Of a stretch of DNA of 64,000 nt, positions 1 to 13,807 are shown in pieces. Numbering within the stretch: the first letter of the stretch is position 1; each line of letters begins with the position of its first letter. Location of the stretch: the NCBI GenBank assembly GCA_964016885.1, contig CAXHJY010000192.1, positions 28,170 through 92,169 on the forward strand. Direction: 5' to 3'. The position numbers and the translations under genes are program-made. This DNA is from Eledone cirrhosa (taxonomy: Eukaryota). The notes beneath the pieces are model-generated. The model had not been told where the DNA came from, made no database searches, and saw nothing but the letters and a program-made list of their open reading frames with translations.

Positions 1-575
1 GGGTGTTCCGAGGCCATAGTATCTAGAATAAGGACGGGTTGGAAGAAGTTTAGGGAGCTGCTTCCTCTGTTGACGAAGAAGGGTTTCTCCCTGCGTACGA
101 AAGGCCGGTTGTATGATGCCTCTGTGAGGAGCACGATGCTGCATGGTAGTGAGACATGGGCTGCAACTGCAGAGGATATGCGACGGCTGGAGAGAAATGA
201 GGCAAGCATGCTCCGTTGGATGTGCAATGTCAATGTGCGTGAACGACCCAGCATGAATGTGTTGAGAGAGAAACTGTGTCTGAGAGGGATAGAATGTAGT
301 GTACGAGAGAGGAGACTGAGGTGGTATGGACATGTGATGCGCATGGGGGATGACCGATGGGTGAAGAAGTGTCAGGAAATGCCAGTTGAAGGAAGACGTG
401 GTAGAGGTAGACCACGAAAAACATGGGCACAGGTGGTGAGAACAGACCTCAGATCGCTGAAGCTCACTGTGGAGATGACGAAGGACCGTGACAAGTGGAG
501 AGCTACTGTGCTGAATAAGACCCGTCCCACCCTTGCAAGTAGGGAAAAGCTGACGTAAAATGATGATGATGATGA
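1..575 (+). mobile_element. RTE-clade LINE, 3' end (ORF C-terminus plus (GAT)n tail), cut by the window edge
   Basis: ORF ends RRLRWYGHVMRM...GRRGRGRPRKTW, typical of RTE ORF C-termini. It is followed by a gatgatgat tail and is a close match to the copy at 55921-56500. Confidence 0.9.
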
Positions 576-1717
576 TATATATATGTGGCTCCTATTTCTA
601 GCAGTCCTAGTAACCAGGTATAGATTGTCCCAGTCTTTACAGGGAAAAGCGGACGTAAAATGATGGCTGGATAACATTCATGAGCTCGGCTGGTTTCACT
701 TGGGGGATCCAGCTGTATCAATTGGAGACAGTCGCTTCTGACAGGACCCACTGGGGAGTTTCTGAGGACTCTGCCCCCACGACTCTCCCAAGAAGAAGAA
801 GAAAAGAAGGAGGAGAAGAAGAAAACACTCACCATACTAGTAACTAGATTTATCTCCCTTGTCTTACCACTTTTAAATAGTTGTCTCCCTTACATCAATT
901 TTTTTGTGGTGTGTTTTTACGTAAAGAACTTTTTTTAAACATTCTATCTTGTTTTTGTTAGCTGAAAAAACTACCAGATTCCTGCCCTAGTCTGTTATGG
1001 CTTACTAGCTCTATACGGACGTTGAAATTGATTAAGTAAATAGAGCATAAAAAGCCGGCGAATTGGCAGAGCCTCTAGAAAATCGGGATTTGAACAGACA
1101 CAGGCTTTTTTAATCCAACACCTTAACTCCATAGCCTAACACAGCGATCAGGGACATTCTAAACCATCATCATCGTTTAACATCCATTTTCCACACTAGC
1201 ATGGGTTAGACAGTTTGTCCCGTTTGAGGCAATTTGAGTGCGGTGACCGTGTCTTGCTCACACAGAACTATTTCTGGCCTGGTTTCAATGGCTGGATGCA
1301 CTTCCTAACTCCAATTGAAATTCTTAGAAAATATATGAAACCCAAAAGCAGAAAATAACTGAAACCACAGTTGATTGCAATAAATAATATCTTAGAATAT
1401 TGGGTAAAATACCTCTATGGATGGCAAAAGTTGTCAGTAGCCACTAAGGAGAAGTGAACTCCGTGTCACTCAAATTCTGATCGTGTGGAGCTAAGGGGCC
1501 TCTGATTGAAATATATTCTTGGTATTTTGTACTGTGTTGTAAACTAAATAACAGAAGTTATTGGGGTGGGGAGCAGTGGGAGGAAAAGAGGGTGGAAGAG
1601 AGAGGGATGGGAGAGATGGAGAGAAGGAAAGAAAGAGGAATGGAAGAAGAGATAGAGAGCGAGAGACAGAGCAAAAAAGAGACAAAGAGGGGAGTGAGAA
1701 AAGAGTGAATTACTTAC

Positions 1718-1870
1718 CACCAGACAATAAAAAGAGTAGTGAACACCAGGAATGTAACAGCCCATCAGACCAAAGATGATGCCAGATAGGTCTATAGCCA
1801 ACCATCGGATGTTGGCTTTAGGTGAATGACAGTAGAATACATGGTAGGAGGCAGACGTTATCATACAAAT
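1718..1870 (-). CDS. PAQR3: PAQR3-like progestin/adipoQ receptor, coding exon 3
   Basis: Minus strand ctccag|ATT...GTG|gtaagt, 153 bp, phase 0/0. Translates ICMITSASYHVFYCHSPKANIRWLAIDLSGIIFGLMGCYIPGVHYSFYCLV, with the PAQR SxxYH and D motifs. Confidence 0.9.
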
Positions 1871-2524
1871 CTGGAGAGAAGAGATGAACAAGAAACAAAA
1901 AATAAATGCATACAAAAAATATAATTCAATATGACGTCATAGTTACCGAATATATATTGTTTGTTCTGTTTGAACCTATTGTTTTGACAAGGGGATATTT
2001 CCACTGAAATATAAAGGACCAATGAAATATTTTCAAAGTAATATGGAAATATATTTCACCATGAGACTGTGTGTGCCATGTGACAATGAAATATTTTTCC
2101 ACCATACAGGAGCATGTGATTGTGTGTACTATAGTTTCTGTTCTGCTATAGCTCCTTCAACCTTTTCTTTTGACAAGGGGATATTTCCACTGAAATATAT
2201 AGGACCAATGAAATATTTCAAAAGAATCATTACAACAGTTTTGTTATTGTTTATTTTTAATACTTAATGTTTTATTTGCATTGCTTCTAAAATACTGTTT
2301 TCTATATTTCCCGCAGTCAAGCAAACTAGAACAACCTCCTATTATCATCATCGTAATCGTTTTTACGTCCGTTTTTCCACACATGCATGGGTTGGACAGG
2401 TCCATTTCAGCAAAGCATCTCTCCACTCACTACATTCATTTGTCATTTCCTCTGTGAGTCTCAGCAATTTGAGATCAGCTCTCACCACTTCTGCCCAGGT
2501 CTTTCTTGCTCTACTTCTACTGTG

Positions 2525-2980
2525 GTTTCCCTTTATTTTATCGACTCTGTAAGGATGAAAGGCATTTGAACTCAGAATCTAAAGGGCCATAACTCTGTGC
2601 TGCAAAGCATGGTGTCCGACCCTCTACCGATACTGCACAAGGCCAGCAATTTTGGAAGAGGAGAAAGTCGATTAAAGTCGACCCCAGTGTATTACTGGTA
2701 CTTTATTTTATCAACACCCTAAGGATGAAAGGCAAAGTTAACCTTGGCGGGATTTGAACACAGAACGTAAAGGGCCGTAACTCTATGTTGCAAATAATAA
2801 TTGTTTCTACTTTAGGCACAAGGCCAGTAATTTGAAGGGGTAGGAGTCGATTAAATCGACCCCAGTGTATTACTGGTACTTTATTTTATCGACACCTTAA
2901 GGATGAAAGGCAAAGTTAACGTCGGTGGGATTTGAACACAGAACGTAAAGGGCCGTAACTCTGTGCCGGAAGTAATAATA
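2525..2980 (-). mobile_element. cluster of tRNA-related SINE copies (gaggttaactttgcctttcatcc family)
   Basis: About three partial tandem copies with a B-box-like gttcaaatcc. The family recurs more than 15 times in the window. Confidence 0.75.
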
Positions 2981-3308
2981 ATACACAAACTACTCTGAAT
3001 TGAAAGTGGAGATGGCAAGACTGTTTGGAATGTGAGACGGTAATATGAAAGTGATACCAGTTGTGATCTCGTGGGCATTAGGATCAATCCTATTGAAACT
3101 CCTTAAGACTTCTTAACCCTTTAGCATTTAAACCGGCCGTATCCGGCCAGAATTCTTTTACCTTTTTCTGTTCAAACCAGCCATAACTGGCCACTCATAC
3201 TTACGTTAAGGTATTATTCTCAAAATAAATAACATCAAAATCTCATTGATTCAATATCATGTGAGGTAAAGCTTTTACCGTGAAAATACAATAGTAAATT
3301 TGGAGTAA

Positions 3309-3680
3309 TCATCATCATCATCATTGTTTAACGTCTATCTTCCACGCTAGCATGGGTTAGACGGGAATTGTCCTATTTGAGGCAAGATTGGTCGGTGACC
3401 GTGTCTCGCTCGTATAGGACTATCTGGCAGGTTTACTACGGCTGGATGCCCTTCCTAGCACCAATCACATTTACAGTGTGGACCGGGAGGTTTTTTACCG
3501 TGTTACCAACACGGCCACATTACAGCGTGGACTGTGTGTTTTTTTGTCCTGACACCTACATGACCTCATTAGTTTGGACTGGATGTTGTGGTACCAGCAT
3601 AACTTTACAGAGAAAGGGTGGTGTTGGCGGGAGTGGAAGGATGGAGTAAGGGTAGTGGGTTGGGGTGTATATTTGGTTTG
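3309..3680 (-). mobile_element. SINE with RTE-like (GAT)n tail (representative copy)
   Basis: Begins catcatcattgtttaacgtc...gctagcatgggttagacgg. The same family occurs at about 1165, 15660-15845, 20986-21330, 41465-41700, 59340-59508 and 59727-60060. Confidence 0.7.
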
Positions 3681-4067
3681 GTTTGGTTTGGAGGGGCTGT
3701 AAATGCTAAAAAGTGAAAGCAGTTGAGAATAGCATGGAAGATTCGTGTCACACAAAAATCAACCTTGCTAGGTACTGAACACATTTTAAGGAGAGCATTA
3801 TCTGTCTGAGGTCCTTGAGACTTGACAGATCAGTAAACACTCCAGCGCATTTTCTGCGTGACAAAATAGTAAAAATAATATTAGTAGAGTGCCCCCAAAA
3901 AATAATCAATTACTGATTACGTAATTTAGATTACAAATCCATTATCTAACTCCTAAACTAGGCTTAACAAGATAGGATTGAGGGTTGTGTACTAAGACTT
4001 TAGATAGGGTTCTGTAATATATAGTACCAACAAGAACAATAGCAAAACTGTTATTATGGCAATAAAG

Positions 4068-5335
4068 AGGACGGTGGGTTGGCAGTATCAGTAGAGGGTC
4101 GGACGCCATGCTTTGCAATGCTTTATGATCTGAGTTCAAATCCTGTTACGGTTAACTTTGCCTTTCATCCTTACGGGGTTGATAAAATAAAGTACCAGTC
4201 ATGCACTGGGGTCTATTTAATAGATTTTCCCCTCCCCAAAAATTGCTGGCCTTGTGCCTATATAAGAAGCCATTATTATGGCAATAAAGAGGGCGGTGGA
4301 TTGACATTATCAGTAGAGCGTCAGACGCCATAGAGTTATGGCCCTTTATGTTTTGAGTTCAAATCCCATCGAGCTTAGCTTTGCCTTTCATCCTTATGGG
4401 GTTGATAAAATAAAGTACCAGTAACGCACTGGGGTCGATTTAATCGACTTTCCCCTCCCCACAAATTGCTGGCCTTGTGCCTATAGTAGAAATCATTAGA
4501 AATCAGTATTGGTAGAGGGTCGGCTGCCTTGCTTTGCAGCATAGAGTTACGGCCCTTTAAATCTCGCCGAGTTCAAATCTCGCCGAGGTTAACTTTGCCT
4601 TTCATCCTCACGGGGGGTCGATAAGAGAAAGTACCAGTAATGTACTGGGGGTAATTGCTGGCCTTGTGCCAAAAGTAGAAACAATTATTATAACTACTAG
4701 TAAAGACCCATCGCTATGTTACCGGTAAAATACACACAAACAACCAGAAAACTAACTTATACAACGGGATGATGTGCACACAACAATGGAAAACACCGTT
4801 TAAAACTTCAGAGAAAACATTTCCTAATGAAAGATATTGAAATATGACAATTTGTTATTATGTCACGAGGGCGGTGGATTGACAGTATCGGTAGAGGGTC
4901 GGACGCCATACTTTGCAGCAAAGAGTTACGGCCCTTTGTGGTCTGAGTTCAAATCCTGCCGAGGTTAACTTTGCCTTTCATCCTTACGGGGTCGATAAAA
5001 TAAAGTACCAGTAATACACTGGATATTTGCTGGCCTTGTGCCAAAAGTAGAAACAATTATTACAGGGTTGATAAAATAAAGTACCAGTAATACACTGGGT
5101 AATTGCTGGCCTTGTGCCAAAAGTAGAAACAATTATTATGTCACTGGGTGAATTGGCAGTATCAGTTGAGGGTCTGACGCCATGCTTTCCAGCATAGTTA
5201 CGTCGCTTTACAGTCTGAGTTCAAATCCCGCCGAGGTTAACTTTGCCTTTCATCCTTACGGGGTCGATAAAATAAAGTACCAGTAATACACTGGTTAATT
5301 GCCGGCCTTGTGCCAAAAGTAGAAACAATTATTAT
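4068..5335 (+). mobile_element. head-to-tail cluster of about 7 SINE copies
   Basis: Repeated ggcagtatcggtagagggtc...gagttcaaatcc...gtagaaacaattatta units. Confidence 0.8.
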
Positions 5336-5360
5336 GTCACTGTATTGTTGAATTATGTTT

Positions 5361-6058
5361 TAACCCTTTAGCATTTAAACCAGCTGTAACTGGCCAGAAC
5401 TCTCTCATCTCTTTCTATTTAAACCTGCCATATCTGGCCAGAATTCTCTCATCTCTTTCTATTTAAACCTGCCATACCTGGCCAGAACTCTCTCACTTCT
5501 TTCTGTTTAAACCAGCTGTAACTGGCCAGAACTCTCTCATCTCTTTCTATTTAAACCAGCTGTAACTGGCCAGAACTCTCTCACCTCTTTCTATTTAAAC
5601 CTGCCATACCTGGCCAGAACTCTCTCACTTCTTTCTGTTTAAACCTGCCATATCTGGCCAGAACTCTCTCACTTCTTTCTGTTTAAACCTGCCATATCTG
5701 GCCAGAACACTCTCACCTCTTACTGTTCAAACCAGCCATATCTGGCCAGAACTCTCTCACCTCTTTCTGTTCAAACCAGCCATATCTGGCCAGAACTCTC
5801 TCACCTCTTTCTGTTCAAACCAGCCATATCTGGCCAGAACTCTCTCACCTCTTTCTGTTCAAACCAGCCATATCTGGCCAGAACTCTCTCATCTCTTTCT
5901 GTTCAAACCAGCTGTAACTGGCCATTCATACCTACATCAAAGTATTGTTCTCAAAATAAATAACATCAAAATCTCATAGATTTGATGTTACATGAGATAA
6001 TTATGTGAAATAAAACCTTTAATGTGAAAATACAATAGTATATACAGAGTAATGGTTA
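5361..6058. repeat. piggyBac-like MITE with an internal 43-44-bp tandem expansion
   Basis: Starts ttaaccctttagcatt, the same end as the intact copy at 54479-54698. The unit aaaccagccatatctggccagaactctctcacctctttctgttc is repeated about 13 times. Confidence 0.7.
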
Positions 6059-6559
6059 AACCTGCGTAACTGGCCAGAATTCTCTCACCATTGTAAACCA
6101 GATAGTCAATTGCTATAAATAATAGCTTTGAAAATTGGGTAAAATATCCCTATAGCCATAAAATAACTGTAACCACAGTCATTTGCCTTAAAATCAAGTC
6201 AATTACCCCTATAGATTGTTTATAGCAATTGATTATCTTCCATTATTTTCCACATCTTCCTACATCTTCTTAGAATATCTTCTTCGCCCACTTATTCCTG
6301 AGAGGGTCATGGGGTCAGAGTCCTCAAACACTCCTCCCAGCAGGTCCTGTCAGAAGCAACTGTCTCCAACTGATCCGACTGGATCCTCAAGCATGACCAG
6401 GCAAGCTCATGAATGTTATCTAACCATCTTGCTTGGGGGTTTACCCTTGTGTCTCCTGCCAGTTGATTTTGTCTGCAAATTCTGTCCAATGATTCTTTCC
6501 TGAGACATTCTAACCACATGTCCATAGTATCGCATTTTTTATTTTTCTCTAAGAATAAA

Positions 6560-6727
6560 CCGTATTTCCCGGTGTCGAAGACGCTACTTTTTTCCTAAAA
6601 TAAGTCTCAAAAATCTACCATGCATCCTGGAGGCCAAAGGTGGTTAATTATTTTTTTTCAAATTTTTGGTTGTCGAAATTAGGGTGCGTCCTCGGGGACA
6701 AAGCGATGTCCGCGCCGAGAAATACGG
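6560..6727. mobile_element. Tc2/pogo-like MITE
   Basis: Terminal inverted repeats ccgtatttcccggtg / cgccgagaaatacgg. Confidence 0.55.
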
Positions 6728-6772
6728 TGACAGAAAACAATTTTTTAAGTGTTAATTTTTTTGTTTACAAAC

Positions 6773-6935
6773 CTGAAAACATATGAGGGATACACTGCAA
6801 ATGAGATGATCCATATAGGAACCAGATATTTTTGGTATGGCGTAGACATTATCGTACATCAATAAAACAGCAAATGTGAGACAGCCAAGAAGATGGGACC
6901 AGATATTTATAGTTTCATTGCTCCAAATAAATAAA
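6773..6935 (-). CDS. PAQR3: PAQR3-like, coding exon 2
   Basis: Minus strand tccag|T...CAG|gtttg, 163 bp. Joined to exon 1 it reads CLKSLFIWSNETINIWSHLLG, containing the PAQR NExxNIWxH motif. Phases match both neighbouring exons. Confidence 0.92.
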
Positions 6936-7394
6936 CTGGAATTTAAATAAAAAAAAGGAGAAAATCAAAAATGTTTAATTTAAAATAATATACAATAATG
7001 AAATTATTGTGTAGTGGTAAGGTGCATTACAACTATAATTATATAAAAAGTATAGTTAATATAGTACATAATTATATCAAAAGTATAGTTAATATAGTAC
7101 ATAATTAATATAGTATATAATTATATCAAAAGTATAGTTAATATAGTACATAATTATATCAAAAGTATAGTTAATATAGTACATAATTATATCAAAAGTA
7201 TAGTTAATATAGTACATAATTAATATAGTACATAATTATATGAAAAGTGTAGTTAATAATACAAAGCATTGAGAGGTGTGATAAAACAATAGTGTTTATT
7301 GTTGATTATCATCATCGTTTAACGTCCATCTTCCATGTTGGACGGTTTAGTCCCACTCGAGGTGAGATTGGTCGTTGCACAAACAAAGCTACCT

Positions 7395-9850
7395 GACAGT
7401 GTGGATTGATTGCTTTTTGTCTTGTCACTAGCATAACTGCCATACAGAATGGACTGGTTGCTTTTTGTCTTGTCACTAGCATACTGCCATACAGAATGGA
7501 CTGGGTGCTTTTTGTCTTGTCACTAGCATACTGCCATACAGAATGGACTGGGTGCTTTTTGTCTTGTCACTAGCATACTGCCATACAGAATGGACTGGGT
7601 GCTTTTTGTCTTGTCACTAGCATACTGCCATACAGAATGGACTGGTTGCTTTTTGTCTTGTCACTAGCATACTGCCATACAGAATGGACTGGGTGCTTTT
7701 TGTCTTGTCACTAGCATACTGCCATACAGAATGGACTGGGTGCTTTTTGTCTTGTCACTAGCATGACTGCCATACAGAATGGACTGGGTGCTTTTTGTCT
7801 TGTCACTAGCATGACTGCCATACAGAATGGACTGGTTGCTTTTTGTCTTGTCACTAGCATACTGCCATACAGAATGGACTGGGTGCTTTTTGTCTTGTCA
7901 CTAGCATGACTGCCATACAGAATGGACTGGGTGCTTTTTGTCTTGTCACTAGCATGACTGCCATACAGAATGGACTGGGTGCTTTTTGTCTTGTCACTAG
8001 CATGACTGCCATACAGAATGGACTGGGTGCTTTTTGTCTTGTCACTAGCATGACTGCCATACAGAATGGACTGGGTGCTTTTTGTCTTGTCACTAGCATG
8101 ACTGCCATACAGAATGGACTGGGTGCTTTTTGTCTTGTCACTAGCATGACTGCCATACAGAATGGACTGGGTGCTTTTTGTCTTGTCACTAGCATGACTG
8201 CCATACAGAATGGACTGGGTGCTTTTTGTCTTGTCACTAGCATGACTGCCATACAGAATGGACTGGTTGCTTTTTGTCTTGTCACTAGCATGACTGCCAT
8301 ACAGAATGGACTGGGTGCTTTTTGTCTTGTCACTAGCATGACTGCCATACAGAATGGACTGGTTGCTTTTTGTCTTGTCACTAGCATGACTGCCATACAG
8401 AATGGACTGGGTGCTTTTTGTCTTGTCACTAGCATGACTGCCATACAGAATGGACTGGTTGCTTTTTGTCTTGTCACTAGCATGACTGCCATACAGAATG
8501 GACTGGGTGCTTTTTGTCTTGTCACTAGCATGACTGCCATACAGGATGGACTGGGTGATTTTTGTCTTGTCACTAGCATACTGCCATACAGAATGGACTG
8601 GGTGATTTTTGTCTTGTCACTAGCATGACTGCCATACAGAATGGACTGGGTGCTTTTTGTCTTGTCACTAGCATGACTGCCATACAGAATGGACTGGGTG
8701 CTTTTTGTCTTGTCACTAGCATGACTGCCATACAGAATGGACTGGGTGCTTTTTGTCTTGTCACTAGCATGACTGCCATACAGGATGGACTGGTTGCTTT
8801 TTGTCTTGTCACTAGCATGACTGCCATACAGAATGGACTGGGTGCTTTTTGTCTTGTCACTAGCATGACTGCCATACAGAATGGACTGGGTGCTTTTTGT
8901 CTTGTCACTAGCATGACTGCCATACAGAATGGACTGGTTGCTTTTTGTCTTGTCACTAGCATGACTGCCATACAGAATGGACTGGGTGCTTTTTGTCTTG
9001 TCACTAGCATGACTGCCATACAGAATGGACTGGTTGCTTTTTGTCTTGTCACTAGCATGACTGCCATACAGAATGGACTGGGTGCTTTTTGTCTTGTCAC
9101 TAGCATGACTGCCATACAGAATGGACTGGTTGCTTTTTGTCTTGTCACTAGCATGACTGCCATACAGAATGGACTGGGTGCTTTTTGTCTTGTCACTAGC
9201 ATGACTGCCATACAGAATGGACTGGTTGCTTTTTGTCTTGTCACTAGCATGACTGCCATACAGAATGGACTGGGTGCTTTTTGTCTTGTCACTAGCATGA
9301 CTGCCATACAGGATGGACTGGGTGATTTTTGTCTTGTCACTAGCATACTGCCATACAGAATGGACTGGGTGATTTTTGTCTTGTCACTAGCATACTGCCA
9401 TACAGGATGGACTGGGTGATTTTTGTCTTGTCACTAGCATACTGCCATACAGGATGGACTGGGTGCTTTTTGTCTTGTCACTAGCATGACTGCCATACAG
9501 AATGGACTGGGTGCTTTTTGTCTTGTCACTAGCATGACTGCCATACAGAATGGACTGGGTGCTTTTTGTCTTGTCACTAGCATACTGCCATACAGGATGG
9601 ACTTGGTGATTTTTGTCTTGTCACTAGCATGACTGCCATACAGAATGGACTGGGTGCTTTTTGTCTTGTCACTAGCATACTGCCATACAAGGTGGACTGG
9701 GTGCTTTTTGTCTTGTCACTAGCATGACTGCCATACAGAATGGACTGGGTGCTTTTTGTCTTGTCACTAGCATACTGCCATACAAGGTGGACTGGGTGCT
9801 TTTTGTCTTGTCACTAGCATGATTGCCGTACAAGGTGGACTCGGTGCTTT
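7395..9850. repeat. 47/48-bp minisatellite, about 50 copies, derived from a SINE internal segment
   Basis: Unit gactgccatacagaatggactgggtgctttttgtcttgtcactagcat, embedded in a SINE that starts at about 7308. Confidence 0.95.
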
Positions 9851-10173
9851 TTCATAGTGGTACCATTACGACCCACATTACAGTGTGGACAGAGTGCTTT
9901 TTCGTCAAGGTACCAGCACAACCTCTGAATAGTGTGGACAGGGTACTTTTTTTTGTCCTGTCACCAGCATAACATAGGGTGGACTGGGTGCTTTTGTTAA
10001 AAAAAGAAACTTGTATCTCCTCTTTTATCCTTCTATATATTTAACCAGTTGACATACCCAGCTTTGCCCAGGTAAACAGATGATAAGAGAAGACAGGTAA
10101 AAAAGAAAACGACTGTATTGGATGCATTGTCTGGTTTACAGTATGGAGGCGAGACCGTGGTGTGTGTGACAAA

Positions 10174-10244
10174 AAATAGCGAGTCTTGTTAGCCTACACT
10201 TTCACCTGCGCAGGGGAAAGTGTAGGCTAACAAGACTCGCTATT
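10174..10244. repeat. near-perfect 71-bp palindrome
   Basis: Arms aaatagcgagtcttgttagcctacactttc / gaaagtgtaggctaacaagactcgctattt around a cctgcgcagg centre. Confidence 0.9.
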
Positions 10245-11339
10245 TGGCCATAATAAATTAATATTTAAACTCTACTTCAGTATTGAGTACTCTTTTCTCT
10301 TATCCGTCACATTATATATATATATATAACATACATGTGTGTGTATGCATAAGTTCATATATGTGTGCAAATCAATAATGATTTTTTTCTCAACTAGGCA
10401 TAAGGCCAATTTATATACACCATACATAGAAATGGTATAGAATCAATGGAACCGGGGAGAAGGAAGATGAAGAAAAAGAAAAAGGAAAAGAAAAAGATGA
10501 AGAAATGCAAGGCTGCTGTAAATTATAATGAGGGAGATATTGGTTTACTTATCCCCATTACGTGACTGGTACTTTATTTTATCAACCCTGGAAGGATAGA
10601 TGGAAAAGTCAGCTGAGCTAACGTGATTTCAACACAACGATATGCAGAGATAACTAAATAAAGTGAGTCTAATTAGTAATCTCGAAAGACTGTCTTAAGC
10701 CAGAAGTTTCGTTAGACCGGTGCTTATCCTGGTTTCATGGCATGAAGTGACAGAGTACAAGACTCCCCCCTGGACAGGATGCCAGTCCATCGCAGGGTTA
10801 AACCCCCCAGCTATTACTGGTACTCATTTATAGCTGAGTATACTGGAGCAACGTGAAATGAAGTGTTTTGCTCAAGAACACAACACACAACCCAGGAATC
10901 AAATCCACGACATTATGATCGTAAGTCCAACACCCTCGCCACGAAACATCCACATTAGTTAGTAATAGCAATCCTAATTGACAACAAATTCCGGTTATAT
11001 TAATTGTTAATTAGAATTAAAGATATTGATTTCTATCATTGGTTCAAGGCTACAAGTTGTAGCAGTGGAGATATTGGTCAATTATATCAAACCTAGTATA
11101 TAACTGGTATTTTTGGCAGTATCGGTAGAGAGTCAGACACCATGCATAGAGTTACGTCCCTTTACGGTCTGAGTTCAAATCCCGCCGAGGTTAACTTTGC
11201 CTTTCATCCTTACGGGGTCGATAAAATAAAGTACCAGTAATACACTAGGTAATTGCTGGCCTTGTGCCAAAAGTAGATAGAAACAATTATTATTTCATAA
11301 ACCCACCACAAACATGAAAGGTGTGGTTGTGATGCAGCA

Positions 11340-12550
11340 GTGGTGGTGGTGGTATTTGTGATGCAGAGATGGTGGTGGTGGTGGTGATGGTGGTGGTGAA
11401 GGTGATGGTGCGTGTGGTACTGATGATGGTGGTGATGGTGGTGATTGTGGTGAAGGTGGTGGTAGTGGTAGTGGTGGTGATGATGGTGGTAGTGGTGGTG
11501 ATGGTGGTAGTGGTGATGGTGGTGATTGTGGTGAAGGTGGTGGTGGTAAAGGTGATGGTGCTTGTGGTACTGATGATGGTGGTGATGGTGGTGATTGTGG
11601 TGAAGGTGGTGGTAGTGGTAGTGGTGGTGATGATGGTGGTAGTGGTGGTGATGGTGGTAGTGGTGATGGTGGTGATTGTGGTGAAGGTGGTGGTGGTGGT
11701 GGTAAAGGTGATGGTGCTTGTGGTACTGATGATGGTGGTGATGGTGGTGATTGTGGTGAAGGTGGTGGTAGTGGTAGTGGTGATGATGGTGATGGTGGTA
11801 GTGGTGGTGATGGTGGTGATTGTGGTGAAGGTGGTGGTGGTAGTGGTAGTGGTAGTGGTGATGGTGGTGGTATTGGTGATGGTGGTGATGAAGGTGGTGG
11901 TGATTGTGGTGAAGGTGGTGGTGGTGGTGGTAGTGGTAGTGATGGTGATGGTGGTAGTGGTGATAGTGGTGGTGATGGTGGTAGTGGTGATGGCGATGGT
12001 GGTGATGGTGGTAGTGGTGGTAGTGGTGGTGATGGTGGTAGTGGTGATGGCGATGGTGGTGATGGTGGTAGTGGTGGTGATGGTGATGGTGCTTGTGGTA
12101 CTGATGATGGTGGTGATGGTGGTGATTGTGGTGAAGGTGGTGGTGGTGGTAGTGGTAGTGGTGGTGATGGTAGTGGTGGTGGTGATGGTGGTAGTGGTGG
12201 TGATGGTAGTGGTGGTGATGGTGGTGATTGTGGTGAAGGTGGTGGTGGTGGTGGTAGTGGTAGTGGTGGTGATGATGGTGGTAGTGGTGGTGATGGTGGT
12301 AGTGGTGATGGTGGTGGTAGTGGTGATGGTGGTGATTGTGGTGAAGGTGGTGGTGGTAGTGGTAGTGATGGTGATGGTGGTAGTGGTGATAGTGGTGGTG
12401 ATGGTGGTAGTGGTGATGGTGGTAGTGATGATGGCGATGATGGTGATGGTGATGGTGCTTGTGGTACTGATGATGGTGGTGATGGTGATGGTGCTTGTGA
12501 AGGTGGTGGTGGTGGTAGTAGTGGTGGTGGTGAAGGTACTGGTGGTAGCA
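11340..12550. repeat. compound (GGT/GAT/AGT)n trinucleotide repeat
   Basis: Low-complexity GGT-rich tract with internal block duplications, inside PAQR3 intron 1. Confidence 0.95.
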
Positions 12551-12899
12551 TTATTTGTGATACAAAACTGAGACTGTGAAGACCTAGAAACCTGTTTCTT
12601 TCAGTAAAGAATAAACGAACGAACGAAAGAATGAGATGAGAGCCTCTAACAACAACAGCAGCAGCAGCAACAACAGCAGCAGCAACAGCAAATGAGAATG
12701 AAAGTGAGGAAGAAGGGAAAGGATGAAATATAGTCAGATATAAAGGACAATATTACAGTAACAACAATACTTGGGTTATGCTGCAAGAAAAAAAACCTAT
12801 TTCAATCTAACCTATAGATCTATATAAATATATATAGCCATGTCTTTATATAGGCACGTGTATCTAGCAGTTTGAACCAATCAATATAGTTAGTTAGCC

Positions 12900-13218
12900 A
12901 CCCTAGTAGATTAACTGAAAGGTGGGTGAATGTAGCAAAAATGGCCCGAGTGATTGGGCCTTCTCTATATATAAACCTGTAGGTTGAAGATGAGAGCAAA
13001 AGGAAGAAAGGAGCTCTTGCACAACACGCTCCTGGAGTTGAGGGTTGTTCTATCTACGGGGTATTAAACAACCCATTTGTAACGTCTCCCCCCTATTGGG
13101 GATTTCGATTGTTGAATTTGTTTGTTAAAAATTTTTTTTTACACGATTGCATGTAAAATCCCCGGCATATGTCCTTGTATTGCCCTTTTCTTGTGCGCCC
13201 TTGTGGCAAATAAAGAAA
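12900..13218 (+). mobile_element. 3' fragment of a probable L1/Tx1-like LINE
   Basis: gaaaggtgggtgaatgtagcaaaaatggcc (ERWVNVAKMA) leading to cccttgtggcaaataaagaaa. Related copies at 22232-22428 (-) and 27870-28193 (+). Confidence 0.45.
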
Positions 13219-13249
13219 TATATCTATTTATCTATCATGAAGGTTTGTA

Positions 13250-13807
13250 TCTTATTTATCTGTTGTGAAGATGTGTGGCTTAGTGGTTAAGGTATCAAGC
13301 TAGTTAGCTACCTATTTATCTATCGTGAAGATGTGTGGCTTAGTGGTTAAGGTATCAAGCTAGTTAGCTAGCTATTTATCTATCGTGAAGATGTGTGGCT
13401 TAGTGGTTAGGGTATCAAGCTAGTTAGCTAGCTATTTATCTATCGTGAAGGTTTGTGGCTTAGTGGTTAAGGTATCAAGCGAGTTAGCTAGCTATTTATC
13501 TATCGTGAAGGTTTGTGGCTTAGTGGTTAAGGTATCAAGCGAGTTAGCTAGCTATTTATCTATCGTGAAGGTTTGTGGCTTAGTGGTTAAGGTATCAAGC
13601 TAGTTAGCTAGCTATTTATCTATCGTGAAGATGTGTGGCTTAGTGGTTAAGGTATCAAGCTAGTTAGCTAGCTATTTATCTATCGTGAAGATGTGTGGCT
13701 TCGTGGTTAAGGTATCAAGCTAGTTAGCTAGCTATTTATCTATCGTGAAGATGTGTGGCTTAGTGGTTAAGGTATCAAGCTAGTTAGCTAGCTATTTATC
13801 TATCGTG
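13250..13807. repeat. 60-bp minisatellite, about 9 copies, containing a SINE A-box head
   Basis: Unit tatcgtgaagatgtgtggcttagtggttaaggtatcaagctagttagctagctatttatc. Confidence 0.92.

Noticed and set aside
7854-9419. Long ORFs on both strands (240-264 aa)
   Set aside because: They arise from a stop-free 48-bp minisatellite inside a PAQR3 intron.
11295-12571. 418-aa proline-rich and 400-aa valine-rich ORFs resembling extensin
   Set aside because: Translation of a GGT-type trinucleotide repeat. It is intronic and has no unique coding sequence.
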